Source: a virus (taxonomy: Duplodnaviria > Heunggongvirae > Uroviricota > Caudoviricetes). From it: a stretch of 64,000 bases of DNA. The stretch lies in IMG/VR virus record IMGVR_UViG_3300017650_000009; one strand, 5' to 3'. Under the pieces are notes generated by a model that was given only the letters and a program-made list of their open reading frames with translations, did not search any database and was not told the origin of the DNA. The translations under genes were made by a program, and so were the position numbers. Position 1 is the first letter of the stretch. Every line of letters begins with the position of its first letter. Positions 9,996 to 19,904 of this stretch are shown piece after piece.

Positions 9996-10253
9996 ATGAA
10001 CATTACAGGTCTTACGAGCGACGACAAGGCAAAGATCAAGAACGTTGTTGAAGAAGGCATGAAGGTCACTCAGGAAATTGAAGACCTTCGCGGTGGACTC
10101 CGTGACACTGTTAAGGCAGTTGCTGAAGAACTCGGTATTAAGCCTTCTGCAATCAACAAGGCGATCCGCGCTGCGTTCAAGAGCGACATTGCTGATACAC
10201 GCGATGAACTCGACAATATTGAGGAAATCCTCAATGTGGCGGGTAAGCTCTAA
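9996..10253 (+). CDS. Small dsDNA-binding protein, T4 DsbA/GapR-like
   Basis: 85 aa helical protein with pattern EIEDL..LRDTVK.VAEELGIKPSAINKAIR. Confidence 0.55.
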   Translation: MNITGLTSDDKAKIKNVVEEGMKVTQEIEDLRGGLRDTVKAVAEELGIKPSAINKAIRAAFKSDIADTRDELDNIEEILNVAGKL

Positions 10254-10260
10254 TAGGAAA

Positions 10261-10296
10261 AGCGGGTGGGGGTAAAACTCACCCGCTATCTTTTTG
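10261..10296 (+). terminator. Intrinsic terminator
   Basis: AGCGGGTG..CACCCGCT stem followed by ATCTTTTT. Confidence 0.75.
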
Positions 10297-10300
10297 ATAT

Positions 10301-10567
10301 ATGCCGTCTGAATCCCATTACATACTTTTTGACACCGGATATAGTGGAAACGACACTGATCCGCTGATGGAACTCACAACGTTGGGGTTTGAGGTTCTAA
10401 TGGACATGCACGACCATAGGCAGCTGGCTGGTCATTTTGTCGTTTATTCAGGCACTCATACACGTCGAAAAACACAACGCGCAATTTGGTTTGTAAAATT
10501 CGACCATACTGCTGATGCAGTCCTTTACAAACTCATATACTCGACTGAAAAAGAAAAATATGCGTGA
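10301..10567 (+). CDS. Hypothetical protein, F-x4-DAxxFKL family
   Basis: C-terminal FDHTADAVLYKL. Confidence 0.6.
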   Translation: MPSESHYILFDTGYSGNDTDPLMELTTLGFEVLMDMHDHRQLAGHFVVYSGTHTRRKTQRAIWFVKFDHTADAVLYKLIYSTEKEKYA

Positions 10568-10805
10568 GATTCTGATTCAAACATATGGGAATCCGTTTGA
10601 TCGGTTTTATGAACAAACACATCCGCATGTGGTTGAAGTGCGAAACCTTGATGATCTCCGGAATCTCGAACAATTCTTGAAGTCATGCGGTGGTGTATTT
10701 TTGTTTCATCGAGCAACAGGTTGGCAATCTGATGAAGTTATCTACAATTTACGGTTTGCAGATGCATCAAATGCTTTGCTAGCCAAACTGTCACTTCAAT
10801 ATTGA
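10560..10805 (+). CDS. Hypothetical protein, F-x4-DAxxFKL family
   Basis: C-terminal FADASNALLAKL. Confidence 0.6.
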   Translation: MREILIQTYGNPFDRFYEQTHPHVVEVRNLDDLRNLEQFLKSCGGVFLFHRATGWQSDEVIYNLRFADASNALLAKLSLQY

Positions 10806-10860
10806 TATTCCCTAACACATTGTTTTATAATACAAAAATAATAAGAAGAAGGATAAAATA

Positions 10861-12594
10861 ATGTCTTACGTAGATGCGATTCACGACAAACAAAAAGATG
10901 AAATTCATATTGTTGAGCGAATCAACGGACAGCGCGTCTACAATACTCTTCCTGCAAAATATGTTTTCTATTACGAAGACATACGTGGTCGATATAAGAC
11001 TATGTGGGGAGAACCTTGCTCAAAGTACGAAACCACTAATAGTTCGGCATTCAAAAAGGAACTCAGAGCATTCCAGAATTTGGGTAAAAAGATTCATGAA
11101 CATGATATCAACCCAATCTTTCGTTGCTTGAGCGAAAACTATTTGAATGTTGATGCACCGGAATTGAATATTGGTTTCTTCGATATTGAGGTGGACTTCG
11201 ATCCAACACGAGGATACGCGCCTACAAATGATCCGTTTGCTCCCATTACAGCAATTTCACTTCATTTGTCTCAGTCCAAACGACTCGTTACTTTCCTACT
11301 AAAGCCAGAGCTCCCAAAGGATGATCCTGATTATTTGACTTGGGATGCAGCAGAAGCAATCGTAAATGAATTCGATGACACATATTTGTGTAACGATGAA
11401 GTTGAATTGCTTAAAATGTTTCTAGATGCGATTGATGATGCAGACGTATTAAGTGGCTGGAACTCAACTGGTTTCGATATTCCATATGTGGTAAATCGTA
11501 TTGAACGAGTTCTAGGTAAAGAGTACACGAAGAATTTGTGTTTGTGGGGACAGCGCCCTAAGAAGCGCAAGTACATGAAGTTCAAGAAGGAACACGAGAC
11601 ATACGACTTGGTCGGTCGCGTACACTTGGACTATCTGGAACTCTTCCAGAAGCATTCTAGTGCTGAACTTCACTCGTATAAATTGGACCACGTTGGCGAA
11701 GTTATTGTTGGTGAAAACAAAACACCGTATGAGGGATCACTTGATGCCCTATACAAGCGAGACTTCCGCACGTTTATCGAATATAACCGCCAGGATACCC
11801 TATTGTTGGTTAAAATCGATGCCAAGTGTCGTTATATTGAACTTGCCAACCAGCTCGCACACACAAATAGCGTCTTGCTTCCCACAACAATGGGTTCGGT
11901 TGCACTCATCGAGCAAGCAATTGTAAACGAAACTTGGGCCCTAGGTATGCAGGTTATGTCTCGTCCAGAACGTGACTTCCTGAATTCATACGATGCTGGT
12001 AGTTTTGTGCATGACGATGATGACGAAGATGAAGAAGAAGACGATAACAATAACGCCGTAGGTGCTTATGTTGCTGACCCGAAAAAGGGTATGCATAAGA
12101 TGATTGGGTGTGTTGATATTAACTCTCTTTATCCATCGGCACTTCGCGCACTTAATATGGGTCCTGAGACTCTGGTTGGACAGATTCGATCTGATCGTAC
12201 AGATCAGTTAGTTGCAGAACGTATGGCACGAGCAATTGCTGGTTCCAAACGTGCGAAGGGTTCAAAGACGGACGCCTGGCACGGGTTGTTTGCTACTATT
12301 GAATTTGATCTTATGCATGAGAAGTCCGGTGATCGCCTAACAGTGGATTTTGAGGCGGGTGAAACGGCGACGGTAAGTGCGGCTGATCTTCATAAGTATA
12401 TCTTTGAATCAGACAAAGCCTATGCAGTAAGTGCGAATGGAACTATTTTCCGAACAGACGTCAAGGCAATTATTCCGGGTCTACTTGAGCGTTGGTACGC
12501 CGAACGAACTGTTATGAAAAATGATGCATTTAGATATACGATGCTCGCCAAGGGTAAAGAAATTTCAGATGATTTGGCAAATAAGCTGAAATGA
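10861..12594 (+). CDS. Family B DNA polymerase, N-terminal part (3'-5' exonuclease + motif A)
   Basis: FDIEV (ExoI), GWNSTGFDIPY (ExoII), YNRQD (ExoIII), DINSLYPS (motif A); ends in the fingers before motif B. Confidence 0.93.
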   Translation: MSYVDAIHDKQKDEIHIVERINGQRVYNTLPAKYVFYYEDIRGRYKTMWGEPCSKYETTNSSAFKKELRAFQNLGKKIHEHDINPIFRCLSENYLNVDAPELNIGFFDIEVDFDPTRGYAPTNDPFAPITAISLHLSQSKRLVTFLLKPELPKDDPDYLTWDAAEAIVNEFDDTYLCNDEVELLKMFLDAIDDADVLSGWNSTGFDIPYVVNRIERVLGKEYTKNLCLWGQRPKKRKYMKFKKEHETYDLVGRVHLDYLELFQKHSSAELHSYKLDHVGEVIVGENKTPYEGSLDALYKRDFRTFIEYNRQDTLLLVKIDAKCRYIELANQLAHTNSVLLPTTMGSVALIEQAIVNETWALGMQVMSRPERDFLNSYDAGSFVHDDDDEDEEEDDNNNAVGAYVADPKKGMHKMIGCVDINSLYPSALRALNMGPETLVGQIRSDRTDQLVAERMARAIAGSKRAKGSKTDAWHGLFATIEFDLMHEKSGDRLTVDFEAGETATVSAADLHKYIFESDKAYAVSANGTIFRTDVKAIIPGLLERWYAERTVMKNDAFRYTMLAKGKEISDDLANKLK

Positions 12595-13277
12595 AATTTA
12601 CACCAGAAACTTACAGGGAAGAGGTAAAAACCCTCTTCCCTCATATTGAGGTATATGGTGATTATAATGGTGTTCTGAATAAAATAGAACATTATTGTAA
12701 TAACAGTAAAACTCGGTGGGAATCCCAGCCCAGACAAGTTTTAATGGGTAAATGTTGTAGGGAATGCTCTAGGAAAAAACTAGCATTTTCGCAAGAACAT
12801 TTTGATTCATTGTTAAATGAAATCCCGGGTTACGAATGCTTAGATCCATATGTTAACACATATACTACTTTGACGTTTAAACATACATGTGGATTTGAAT
12901 TTCAAACAACGCCTGAACGATTTCTTAAACGAAATGTTCGTTGTCGAAATTGCAATCCACCCAAACAACCTAAAAATTTTTGGTGTAAAGCAACCGAGAA
13001 TGAATATGGAATGTTTCCAAGTAAATTCGAAGCTTCTTGTGGAAAACTAATATTTGATAAATTCGGACTCAATGATATTCAAAGAAATAAACCATATGAT
13101 TCATCAAGTTTGAAAACCTGTGATTTTTACATTGTATCCAAAGATCTATGGATTGAGGTTTCTACTTTGGGGAAATCTTGGTATTTGGAACGTATTGAAA
13201 ATAAAAGGAAATTAGTGAATAATTTCCTATTTTTTAGTAAAATATCAGAGTTAAAAGAATATTTGAAAGAAGTATAA
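12591..13277 (+). mobile_element. Putative homing endonuclease inserted in the polymerase gene
   Basis: AT-rich; H-x-C/CxxC zinc-ribbon repeats; C-terminal SKFE..CDFYI..WIEV (PD-(D/E)xK-like); overlaps both polymerase halves (ATGA, TAATG). Confidence 0.7.
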
Positions 13278-14545
13278 TGGAATATAATATTGAAGAACTG
13301 GAAGCTCTTATTGCTTCTGAAAATATTTCTGAACTTAAAGCATTTATGGAAAAACACAATCTTGAGATTAAAGATAATAAGATTGTGCCAAAAATCGAAG
13401 CAAAGGAATATTTTGTAAAAATGGCAGCATTCTGGGATCAACGCCAGCTTGCTCGTAAGATTCTTCTGAACTCACTTTATGGTGCGTTGCTTAATGAGGG
13501 TTGCCGATTCTACGATAAGCGTATTGGTCAATCAGTTACACTTACTGGCCGAAGCATCGCCAAGCACATGAATAGTAAGGTTAACGAATGTATTACCGGC
13601 GCATATCAGTTTGATGGCGAAGGTATTGTTTATGCTGATACTGACTCCAGTTATTTCTCTGCATATAACACAATGAAGCTTGATCCGGAAACCGCTGCAT
13701 TTGCTGATGATAAGGATTCAATGCTTGCTTTGTATTTGAGTATTGGTGATTCAGTTAATGAATCATTCCCTTACTTTATGAACGATCATTTCAATACTGG
13801 TATTGAACGTGGTAAGATTATTGCAGCGGGTCTAGAACTGGTTTCCGAAACTGGTATGTTCATTAAGAAAAAGCGTTATGCGGTTCTCAAGTTCTGGGAT
13901 GAAAGCTCGGGTCGTTTGGATACAGATGGTAAGCCAGGTAAGATCAAGGCCATGGGCTTGGATCTCAAGCGCGCTGATACGCCAAAGTTTATGCAGGACT
14001 TCCTGAGTAAAATTCTCATGCAAATCCTAACTGGCGTTGGAGAGGATCCAATCCTTGAGGAAATTAAGGAATTTAGAAATGAATTCCGAAAGATGGAACC
14101 GTGGGAACAGGGAACTCCGAAAAAGGTTAACGGACTAACCGTTGCTGCGGAAAAACTAGAGAAAGCTGAAGCACATGCTGCGGCAAACTTTATGAATCGT
14201 TCTGTAGTAAAGGAAAAGCGTGATACTGTAGCTGGACACGTCCAAGCAAGTATTAATTGGAATAAACTTAAAAAGATGAATTCGGACAACTATTCGAGCG
14301 ATATTACCGATGGTGGTAAAGTAATCGTTTGTAAGTTGTTGAACAATCCAATGAAGATTACTTCGGTTGCTTATCCGTATGACCAACGTCATTTGCCAGA
14401 ATGGTTCAAAAAGTTGCCTTTTGATGTCGAGTTGATGGAAGAAACCATTATTGACAAAAAGGTACGAAACCTTATAGGTGTATTGAATTGGGACCTCAAG
14501 AAAACTCGTGAGGATACCACATTTAACGATTTGTTTACTTTCTAA
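13277..14545 (+). CDS. Family B DNA polymerase, C-terminal part (motifs B and C, thumb)
   Basis: QLARKILLNSLYG (motif B), YADTDS (motif C), KKKRYA, KAMGLDLKRADTP. Confidence 0.93.
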   Translation: MEYNIEELEALIASENISELKAFMEKHNLEIKDNKIVPKIEAKEYFVKMAAFWDQRQLARKILLNSLYGALLNEGCRFYDKRIGQSVTLTGRSIAKHMNSKVNECITGAYQFDGEGIVYADTDSSYFSAYNTMKLDPETAAFADDKDSMLALYLSIGDSVNESFPYFMNDHFNTGIERGKIIAAGLELVSETGMFIKKKRYAVLKFWDESSGRLDTDGKPGKIKAMGLDLKRADTPKFMQDFLSKILMQILTGVGEDPILEEIKEFRNEFRKMEPWEQGTPKKVNGLTVAAEKLEKAEAHAAANFMNRSVVKEKRDTVAGHVQASINWNKLKKMNSDNYSSDITDGGKVIVCKLLNNPMKITSVAYPYDQRHLPEWFKKLPFDVELMEETIIDKKVRNLIGVLNWDLKKTREDTTFNDLFTF

Positions 14546-14554
14546 GGACCAACT

Positions 14555-14839
14555 ATGCTATTGCGAATCATCATGACCAATACGACTCATGTGCCGACTC
14601 GCGAGGAAATTCAGACTGTTGACCGAGAAATTGGTCAACAGTACCTGGAGGACTTTGGAGTGGAATGGGCCGGATATATCGTCCTCGAGGACACACTGAA
14701 ACTGTCTGCTCAGTGGCTTCTCGAAACTTTCACCCGTGATGAAATCGTTGAGCATGTGCTGGCTCATCAGATTCCCGGGTATAACTTCTCGGTTTACGAA
14801 GTTGACGAAGAAGCAGAATCTGAAATAAAACTGGTTTAA
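14555..14839 (+). CDS. Hypothetical acidic protein
   Basis: Intact ORF between polymerase and clamp genes. Confidence 0.6.
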   Translation: MLLRIIMTNTTHVPTREEIQTVDREIGQQYLEDFGVEWAGYIVLEDTLKLSAQWLLETFTRDEIVEHVLAHQIPGYNFSVYEVDEEAESEIKLV

Positions 14840-14911
14840 AAATATTGACGTAACTGTTTGTTTCGTATAATATTCAAACATAATAAAAATAAGAAAAAGG
14901 AACATACGCTG

Positions 14912-15652
14912 ATGCGTGAGAAGCTACTCGACATTATCAAGCATACTGGTGGTCTTGGTTTTGTGGAAGTCGTACGTGTAACTGGTACCGACGAGTCCAC
15001 CGTTTTTGAAGCAACCGACAACGACCGCACAATCATCATTCGTGCAGAACTTAAGGAAGTAGAACCATCGCTTAAGGGCGAATTTGGTATGCGCAACCTT
15101 AACATCTTGCAGGGACTTTTGAATCACGCTCCATATAAGGCAGACGGCGCAAAGCTCGATGTTAAGCGTGAACTTAAGGACGGAGCGGAAACTCCAGTTG
15201 AACTGACGTTCAAGACCGAAGATGGCAAGAACCCTGCGTTTTTCCGCTTTATGGCTGCAAACTTGGTTCCACCACAACCACAGCTCAAGCACAAGTCCTG
15301 GGATATTGATGTTACCCCAACTGATTCCAAGATCCTGGAGTTCTCTAACATTGCAAGCCTATATTCGAGCATTGAAAACTATTTCAGTGTTGTTACAAAG
15401 GACGGCGATTTGGAGTTCCACATTGGTGACGAAAAGGGTTCGAACCATAGTGCAAGTCTAGTATTTGCAAGTGGTGTTGAAGGCGAAATTAAGACAACCC
15501 TATATTGGCCATTCCAGCAGGTTCTTAACGTGTTGAAGATTGGTAAGGGCGAAAAGCCTAAGCTCCAGATTATGAATCTCGGCGCACTCCAGATCACACT
15601 GGAATCCGAATATGCCAATTACAGCATGATTCTTCCTGCACGTAAGAAGTAA
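14912..15652 (+). CDS. Sliding clamp (gp45-like)
   Basis: About 246 aa, beta-rich two-domain pattern, GEFGMRNL, ends YSMILPA; beside the polymerase; TTGACG..TATAAT promoter at 14845-14871. Confidence 0.65.
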   Translation: MREKLLDIIKHTGGLGFVEVVRVTGTDESTVFEATDNDRTIIIRAELKEVEPSLKGEFGMRNLNILQGLLNHAPYKADGAKLDVKRELKDGAETPVELTFKTEDGKNPAFFRFMAANLVPPQPQLKHKSWDIDVTPTDSKILEFSNIASLYSSIENYFSVVTKDGDLEFHIGDEKGSNHSASLVFASGVEGEIKTTLYWPFQQVLNVLKIGKGEKPKLQIMNLGALQITLESEYANYSMILPARKK

Positions 15653-15658
15653 AATTTA

Positions 15659-15730
15659 GGGCCCGCAACCGCTCCAAGGGAGGTGATTATAAATCACTGC
15701 AAACGCGAGTTTGCAAAACCATTGGGCCCA
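15659..15730 (+). ncRNA. Candidate compact four-way-junction RNA
   Basis: GGGCCCG/TGGGCCC closing stem encloses three abutting hairpins (CTCC/GGAG, GTGATT/AATCAC, TGCAAAC-GCGA-GTTTGCA). Confidence 0.45.
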
Positions 15731-15731
15731 C

Positions 15732-15759
15732 AGGGGTACCACATCGGTACCCCTTTTTT
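15732..15759 (+). terminator. Intrinsic terminator
   Basis: AGGGGTACC-ACATC-GGTACCCCT followed by a T-run. Confidence 0.8.
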
Positions 15760-15772
15760 ATCTGGAGAAGCT

Positions 15773-16321
15773 ATGGCTATTTTAGATTTATCACAAATTG
15801 GTCCGCCCCGTCAGGATTTATTAACTGTGTGTCTAGAACATGCCCTAGTGCGTGCTGCATTTGAACATTATCGAGCTAGTGGGTCACCCGCGGAATATGA
15901 AGATCTAATTACAAATTTGGGTATTAATCCAGAAGCATATTCGCCATTTTCGTTATTTCGGGTTCATGGCGTGTTCTCTCCCCAAGTACAAGTTCCATTG
16001 CGGGCTACCAAGCTGGGGTTCTATGATGGCTTCAATACATTTTGTGTCATGTCAACCTTACATGGACTTGATAAACACATTGACCTAATAACTCCGGAAA
16101 TGATCGAAATACTCAAGTACGGTTCGCCTTCGTTGGCTAGGAAATTCTATTTGGCTACTCGTCCACATGATGATTCCCTAGCGCAACAGCTTGTGATTTT
16201 GGATCGTTTTAAGAAAGATGAATTACGCGGTGCAGGGTATTATGTACCGAGGATTCTTGATCGACATAATTATCGTATTGTCGAACTCATGTATTTGGAT
16301 TATTTGCAAAATAACACCTAA
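15773..16321 (+). CDS. Hypothetical protein
   Basis: GGAG RBS before ATG 15773, downstream of the terminator. Confidence 0.6.
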   Translation: MAILDLSQIGPPRQDLLTVCLEHALVRAAFEHYRASGSPAEYEDLITNLGINPEAYSPFSLFRVHGVFSPQVQVPLRATKLGFYDGFNTFCVMSTLHGLDKHIDLITPEMIEILKYGSPSLARKFYLATRPHDDSLAQQLVILDRFKKDELRGAGYYVPRILDRHNYRIVELMYLDYLQNNT

Positions 16322-16380
16322 AATATTGAGTCATATATGGGAATCATGTAGACTTTCCATATCTAGAGGAGATCACAATA

Positions 16381-16758
16381 ATGAAAAAAGAAACTATGAT
16401 CTGGGTTAATTTTAAGAAGGAAGGCATTCACAAGTATCCGGCCGCTCTTACTGACCCGAACCTCGCCACAGGAGACGAATACGACGTCAGCTTCCTGGGC
16501 TATCCACACCGTCATCAGTTTGGATTCAAGGTTGCAATTAGCGTAACCCACAACGACCGAGATATCGAATTCATACAATTTAAGCGTTGGCTTGAATCGC
16601 TATATCGTGACAATGTGTTGGAACTCGATTATAAGAGTTGTGAAATGATGTCTGAGGAACTTTACGAGCAAATCATCGCTCGCTATCCGAATCGTACGGT
16701 TGAGATAACAGTCGATGAAGATGGTGAAAATGGTGCAACGACTCGTTGGAGCGTCTAA
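16381..16758 (+). CDS. queD: QueD-like 6-carboxytetrahydropterin synthase
   Basis: EGIHKYP, HRHQF, DRDIEFI, SCEM and EDGENG motifs; folE and queE nearby. Confidence 0.72.
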   Translation: MKKETMIWVNFKKEGIHKYPAALTDPNLATGDEYDVSFLGYPHRHQFGFKVAISVTHNDRDIEFIQFKRWLESLYRDNVLELDYKSCEMMSEELYEQIIARYPNRTVEITVDEDGENGATTRWSV

Positions 16759-17822
16759 TGAATATTTTCATCATGGCATTGGAGCCACTTGAGACTCGTT
16801 ATACGGGTCAGTGGTTCAAACATATTCCGCAGCTTCTACAAGACGCAGCGAAGGCCAATGGCAGCGATGTAACCGTCTATAACGTAGCAGGGGAGCAAAC
16901 AAGCTCCACTGTTACTGCGGGCGCGTTCTTGAATTTTACCGCTACTAATATTTGGAAGAACACTCAAATCAACAAGCTTGCAAGTTGGTTTGCAGATGGA
17001 ACAGTTCGTCCTGGCGATAAAGTTCTGTTCACCGATGCATGGCATACAGGGATTATCCAGACCCGCTATATGAGCGAACTAACTGATATTCCAGTTGAAA
17101 TCCATAGTATGTGGCATGCGGGATCGTATGATCCACAAGATTTCCTAGGTCGTAAAGTAAAGGACAAAACCTGGTCATTTAGTGTTGAACGTGCAATGTA
17201 TGAGGCATCGGATGTCAATTATTTTGCTACCAGTTTCCATCACAGATTGTTCAGGGAAACCCTTTACGGTGATAGTCACTTCACTGCTAGGGATTGTATT
17301 TCGGGCCAGCCACACGGCGAGTTGATTGCCAAGCTCAAACCGTTCAAGGGACTTGAAAAGCGTGATCTAGTTTTGTTTCCGCATCGTGTAGCACCGGAAA
17401 AGCAAGTAGACATCTTTAGGGATCTAGCCAAGCATCTTCCAGATGTGGAATTTATTGTGTGCCAGGAACAAAAGCTATCGAAGGATGAATATCACCGCTT
17501 ACTTGGTGAAGCAAAGGTTATATTCAGCGCAAACCTTCAAGAAACCCTAGGTATATCGGCAATGGAAGGAATTCTAGTCGATACACTACCAATGCTTCCG
17601 GATAGACTAAGTTATTCGGAAATGTATGAGGACGTCTATAAGTACCCAAGTGAATGGACTGAATCATGGGAAGCCTACGATAAGCACCGTGTTGAAGTAA
17701 TTGCATTCCTCCGTTACTTGCTAACAGCCGAAACACCTACCAATACTATCGAGATCCAACGTGAGCGTTTGCTTCGTGATTATCTCAGTGCTGGTCCAAT
17801 GGTGGAACGTCTGCTTGCTTGA
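16758..17822 (+). CDS. GT-B glycosyltransferase
   Basis: FPHRVAPEKQ and ETLGISAMEG..P..LSYSEM motifs; TAATG coupling to the QueD-like gene. Confidence 0.8.
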   Translation: MNIFIMALEPLETRYTGQWFKHIPQLLQDAAKANGSDVTVYNVAGEQTSSTVTAGAFLNFTATNIWKNTQINKLASWFADGTVRPGDKVLFTDAWHTGIIQTRYMSELTDIPVEIHSMWHAGSYDPQDFLGRKVKDKTWSFSVERAMYEASDVNYFATSFHHRLFRETLYGDSHFTARDCISGQPHGELIAKLKPFKGLEKRDLVLFPHRVAPEKQVDIFRDLAKHLPDVEFIVCQEQKLSKDEYHRLLGEAKVIFSANLQETLGISAMEGILVDTLPMLPDRLSYSEMYEDVYKYPSEWTESWEAYDKHRVEVIAFLRYLLTAETPTNTIEIQRERLLRDYLSAGPMVERLLA

Positions 17823-17877
17823 GGTAAAATCCCTACTCGCATAACTACGGGTAGGGAATTTACTTTACGAGGAACAA

Positions 17878-18261
17878 ATGAATTTAGACTACACTATCAC
17901 CAATGCGGTTCGGAGCACATTTATTCCGGAACGCTTTCTACTTACATCGGGACCCATTCTCGATATGTTTAATAATCAAATATGTATGAGTGTTCAACTT
18001 GAGGGAGGATCATCTAGTGATTTTGCCTATATTGAGGAACCCCTAACATATAAGATATTGGATGAAGTTTTTATTTGGGGCGATACATATGGAGCTAAAG
18101 GTTCCTGGTCAATTATACCCCATACAAAATCTCGTGATCCGGGTGATTCCATCCTTAAGGATCGTTTCTTCAATTTTACTTTCGGTTTTGTTTTCGAGAA
18201 TAAAGAAGATTCTGATTTGTTTATGAGTACATTTGTTATCCTAAATAAGCTTTCTGCGTAA
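17878..18261 (+). CDS. Hypothetical protein, F-x4-D family
   Basis: GAGGA RBS; FENKEDSDLF near the C-terminus. Confidence 0.55.
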   Translation: MNLDYTITNAVRSTFIPERFLLTSGPILDMFNNQICMSVQLEGGSSSDFAYIEEPLTYKILDEVFIWGDTYGAKGSWSIIPHTKSRDPGDSILKDRFFNFTFGFVFENKEDSDLFMSTFVILNKLSA

Positions 18262-18270
18262 TCAAAATTA

Positions 18271-18299
18271 TTGACATTCCGAGTGGATTCCCATATAGT
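18271..18299 (+). promoter_or_regulatory. Sigma70-type promoter of folE
   Basis: TTGACA-N17-TATAGT. Confidence 0.7.
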
Positions 18300-18357
18300 A
18301 GGTATATTGCAAATATTCCTATACAATAATAAAAACAATAATTTAGGAGAAATTTTA

Positions 18358-19089
18358 ATGAGCAAAGAAGTCAAACTTACCGTTAATAGCGGGCAAGAGA
18401 CGAAGCCGATCAGTGAAGTCATTAAAGATAGAATCGTGGCCGCAAATGGCAACTTCTTCAGTAACGACAACATCAGCGAGTACATAGGTGAGGGTGAAGA
18501 AACCAAGCTTATTGACGAGCTAACTGAAAAGTTTGAGGGTGTCCTCAAGAGCCTGGTCATCGATATTGACAATGATCCGAATAGCGCGGATACTGGACGT
18601 CGTCTTGCAAAGATGTATGTGAATGAGCTATTCGAGGGACGTTATTCCAAGCAGCCAAAGGCAACAGCTTTCCCAAATGAAGGTGATGCCAAATATGATG
18701 GTATGCTAGTGGTTCGTTCCGAATTGAAATCGGTGTGCTCTCACCATCACCAGCCAGTTACTGGCACCGCTTATATCGGAATTATTCCGGGCAAGAAGGT
18801 GATTGGATTGTCCAAATATACTCGTATTGCGCAATGGCATGCCCGTCGCGGTACACTACAAGAGGAACTCTGCCAGCGTATTCAGAAGAGTATCTCGCAG
18901 ATTACCGAAACTCCTAACGTCGCTGTCTACATTGTAGCATCACATGGTTGTTGCGAAAATCGCGGAATCATGGCGAAGAACTCCAAGACCCAAACCACTG
19001 TATTGGGCGGTGATTTTAAGCGTTCTGACTTGAAGCAGGAATTCTTCGATAACATCAAGCTGCAGAGCGGCGGATTCTCCTGCGACTAA
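18358..19089 (+). CDS. folE: GTP cyclohydrolase I
   Basis: TGRRLAKMY, SVCSHH, GLSKYTR, LQEEL, HGCCENRG; AGGAG RBS. Confidence 0.95.
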   Translation: MSKEVKLTVNSGQETKPISEVIKDRIVAANGNFFSNDNISEYIGEGEETKLIDELTEKFEGVLKSLVIDIDNDPNSADTGRRLAKMYVNELFEGRYSKQPKATAFPNEGDAKYDGMLVVRSELKSVCSHHHQPVTGTAYIGIIPGKKVIGLSKYTRIAQWHARRGTLQEELCQRIQKSISQITETPNVAVYIVASHGCCENRGIMAKNSKTQTTVLGGDFKRSDLKQEFFDNIKLQSGGFSCD

Positions 19090-19101
19090 TGGGTTTGGCC
19101 A

Positions 19102-19458
19102 ATGATGGATTTTGTCATTCCATATCAGGCGTTTCAACTTGAGTTAGCTCATCTCGAAAATCAAATGATTTTTATTCTCCAATACAAACACGTTTGTATG
19201 CGTGAGGATATATTTGAGATAATGACATCATTGGCCCAAACACAAACGGACGAAGAACTCATCACAAGGCTCAAACAACTTATGGTACTAGTACGATTAA
19301 TAGCACCACAACTGTTTGAGCTTTATGTGATCCAAAACCGCATAATTACGGCGAGGGGTTTTTACGGAGATGATTATTTCTTACATTTGCCATTATATGA
19401 GTTGAATGTACGAAAACATGAGCTTGAAACAGAGGTATCAAATCTTGACTCCCTTTGA
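19102..19458 (+). CDS. Hypothetical protein
   Basis: Intact ORF following folE. Confidence 0.55.
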   Translation: MMDFVIPYQAFQLELAHLENQMIFILQYKHVCMREDIFEIMTSLAQTQTDEELITRLKQLMVLVRLIAPQLFELYVIQNRIITARGFYGDDYFLHLPLYELNVRKHELETEVSNLDSL

Positions 19459-19840
19459 TTATGAAACACCACAAACAATTCACAAAGTACCATTCGCACC
19501 ATTTACGGATCAACATGTTCCGGACTTTGATGAATCCATGCTTGCACTTGCGATTCGTAATACGGAATTTCGTAGAATTGATATTGCAGGCAATGTTGTG
19601 GAAACACATACTTTGCCTTTGGACCCAAATAGTTTGTCGTTCAAAGCATTAGAGGGTGATTACATATATTTGATGACTTGGTACTACAATGAGCATCGTA
19701 AATCCAATACTCGTCATGGTCATTACATCATGTTGTATTTGATCGGCGACACATATCATTGGAAACTTAATGATGCATTTGTGGATAAGATTCTCAAGTG
19801 GTTCACATGTGGTTTCGATGATCTCTTCGACTTAAAATAA
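19406..19840 (+). CDS. Hypothetical protein
   Basis: Intact ORF; start uncertain. Confidence 0.55.
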   Translation: MYENMSLKQRYQILTPFDYETPQTIHKVPFAPFTDQHVPDFDESMLALAIRNTEFRRIDIAGNVVETHTLPLDPNSLSFKALEGDYIYLMTWYYNEHRKSNTRHGHYIMLYLIGDTYHWKLNDAFVDKILKWFTCGFDDLFDLK

Positions 19841-19904
19841 TATTGCGAATATATTGATGATGTTGTTATGTTGGATAATAAAATCAACTAACGGATTAAA
19901 GATT

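Noticed and set aside
12012-12054. Asp/Glu/Asn trinucleotide-like run in the polymerase
   Set aside because: Low-complexity acidic loop in frame; not a repeat array.
12591-13277. Group I intron or intein in the polymerase
   Set aside because: No non-coding flanks for a ribozyme core; stops and frame changes rule out an intein.
15659-15732. tRNA gene
   Set aside because: Cloverleaf-like but no TTC T-loop, no 7-nt anticodon loop, no D-loop GG.
15683-15772. N-terminal extension of ORF 15683 from the ORF track
   Set aside because: Spans a structured RNA and terminator; a better RBS precedes ATG 15773.
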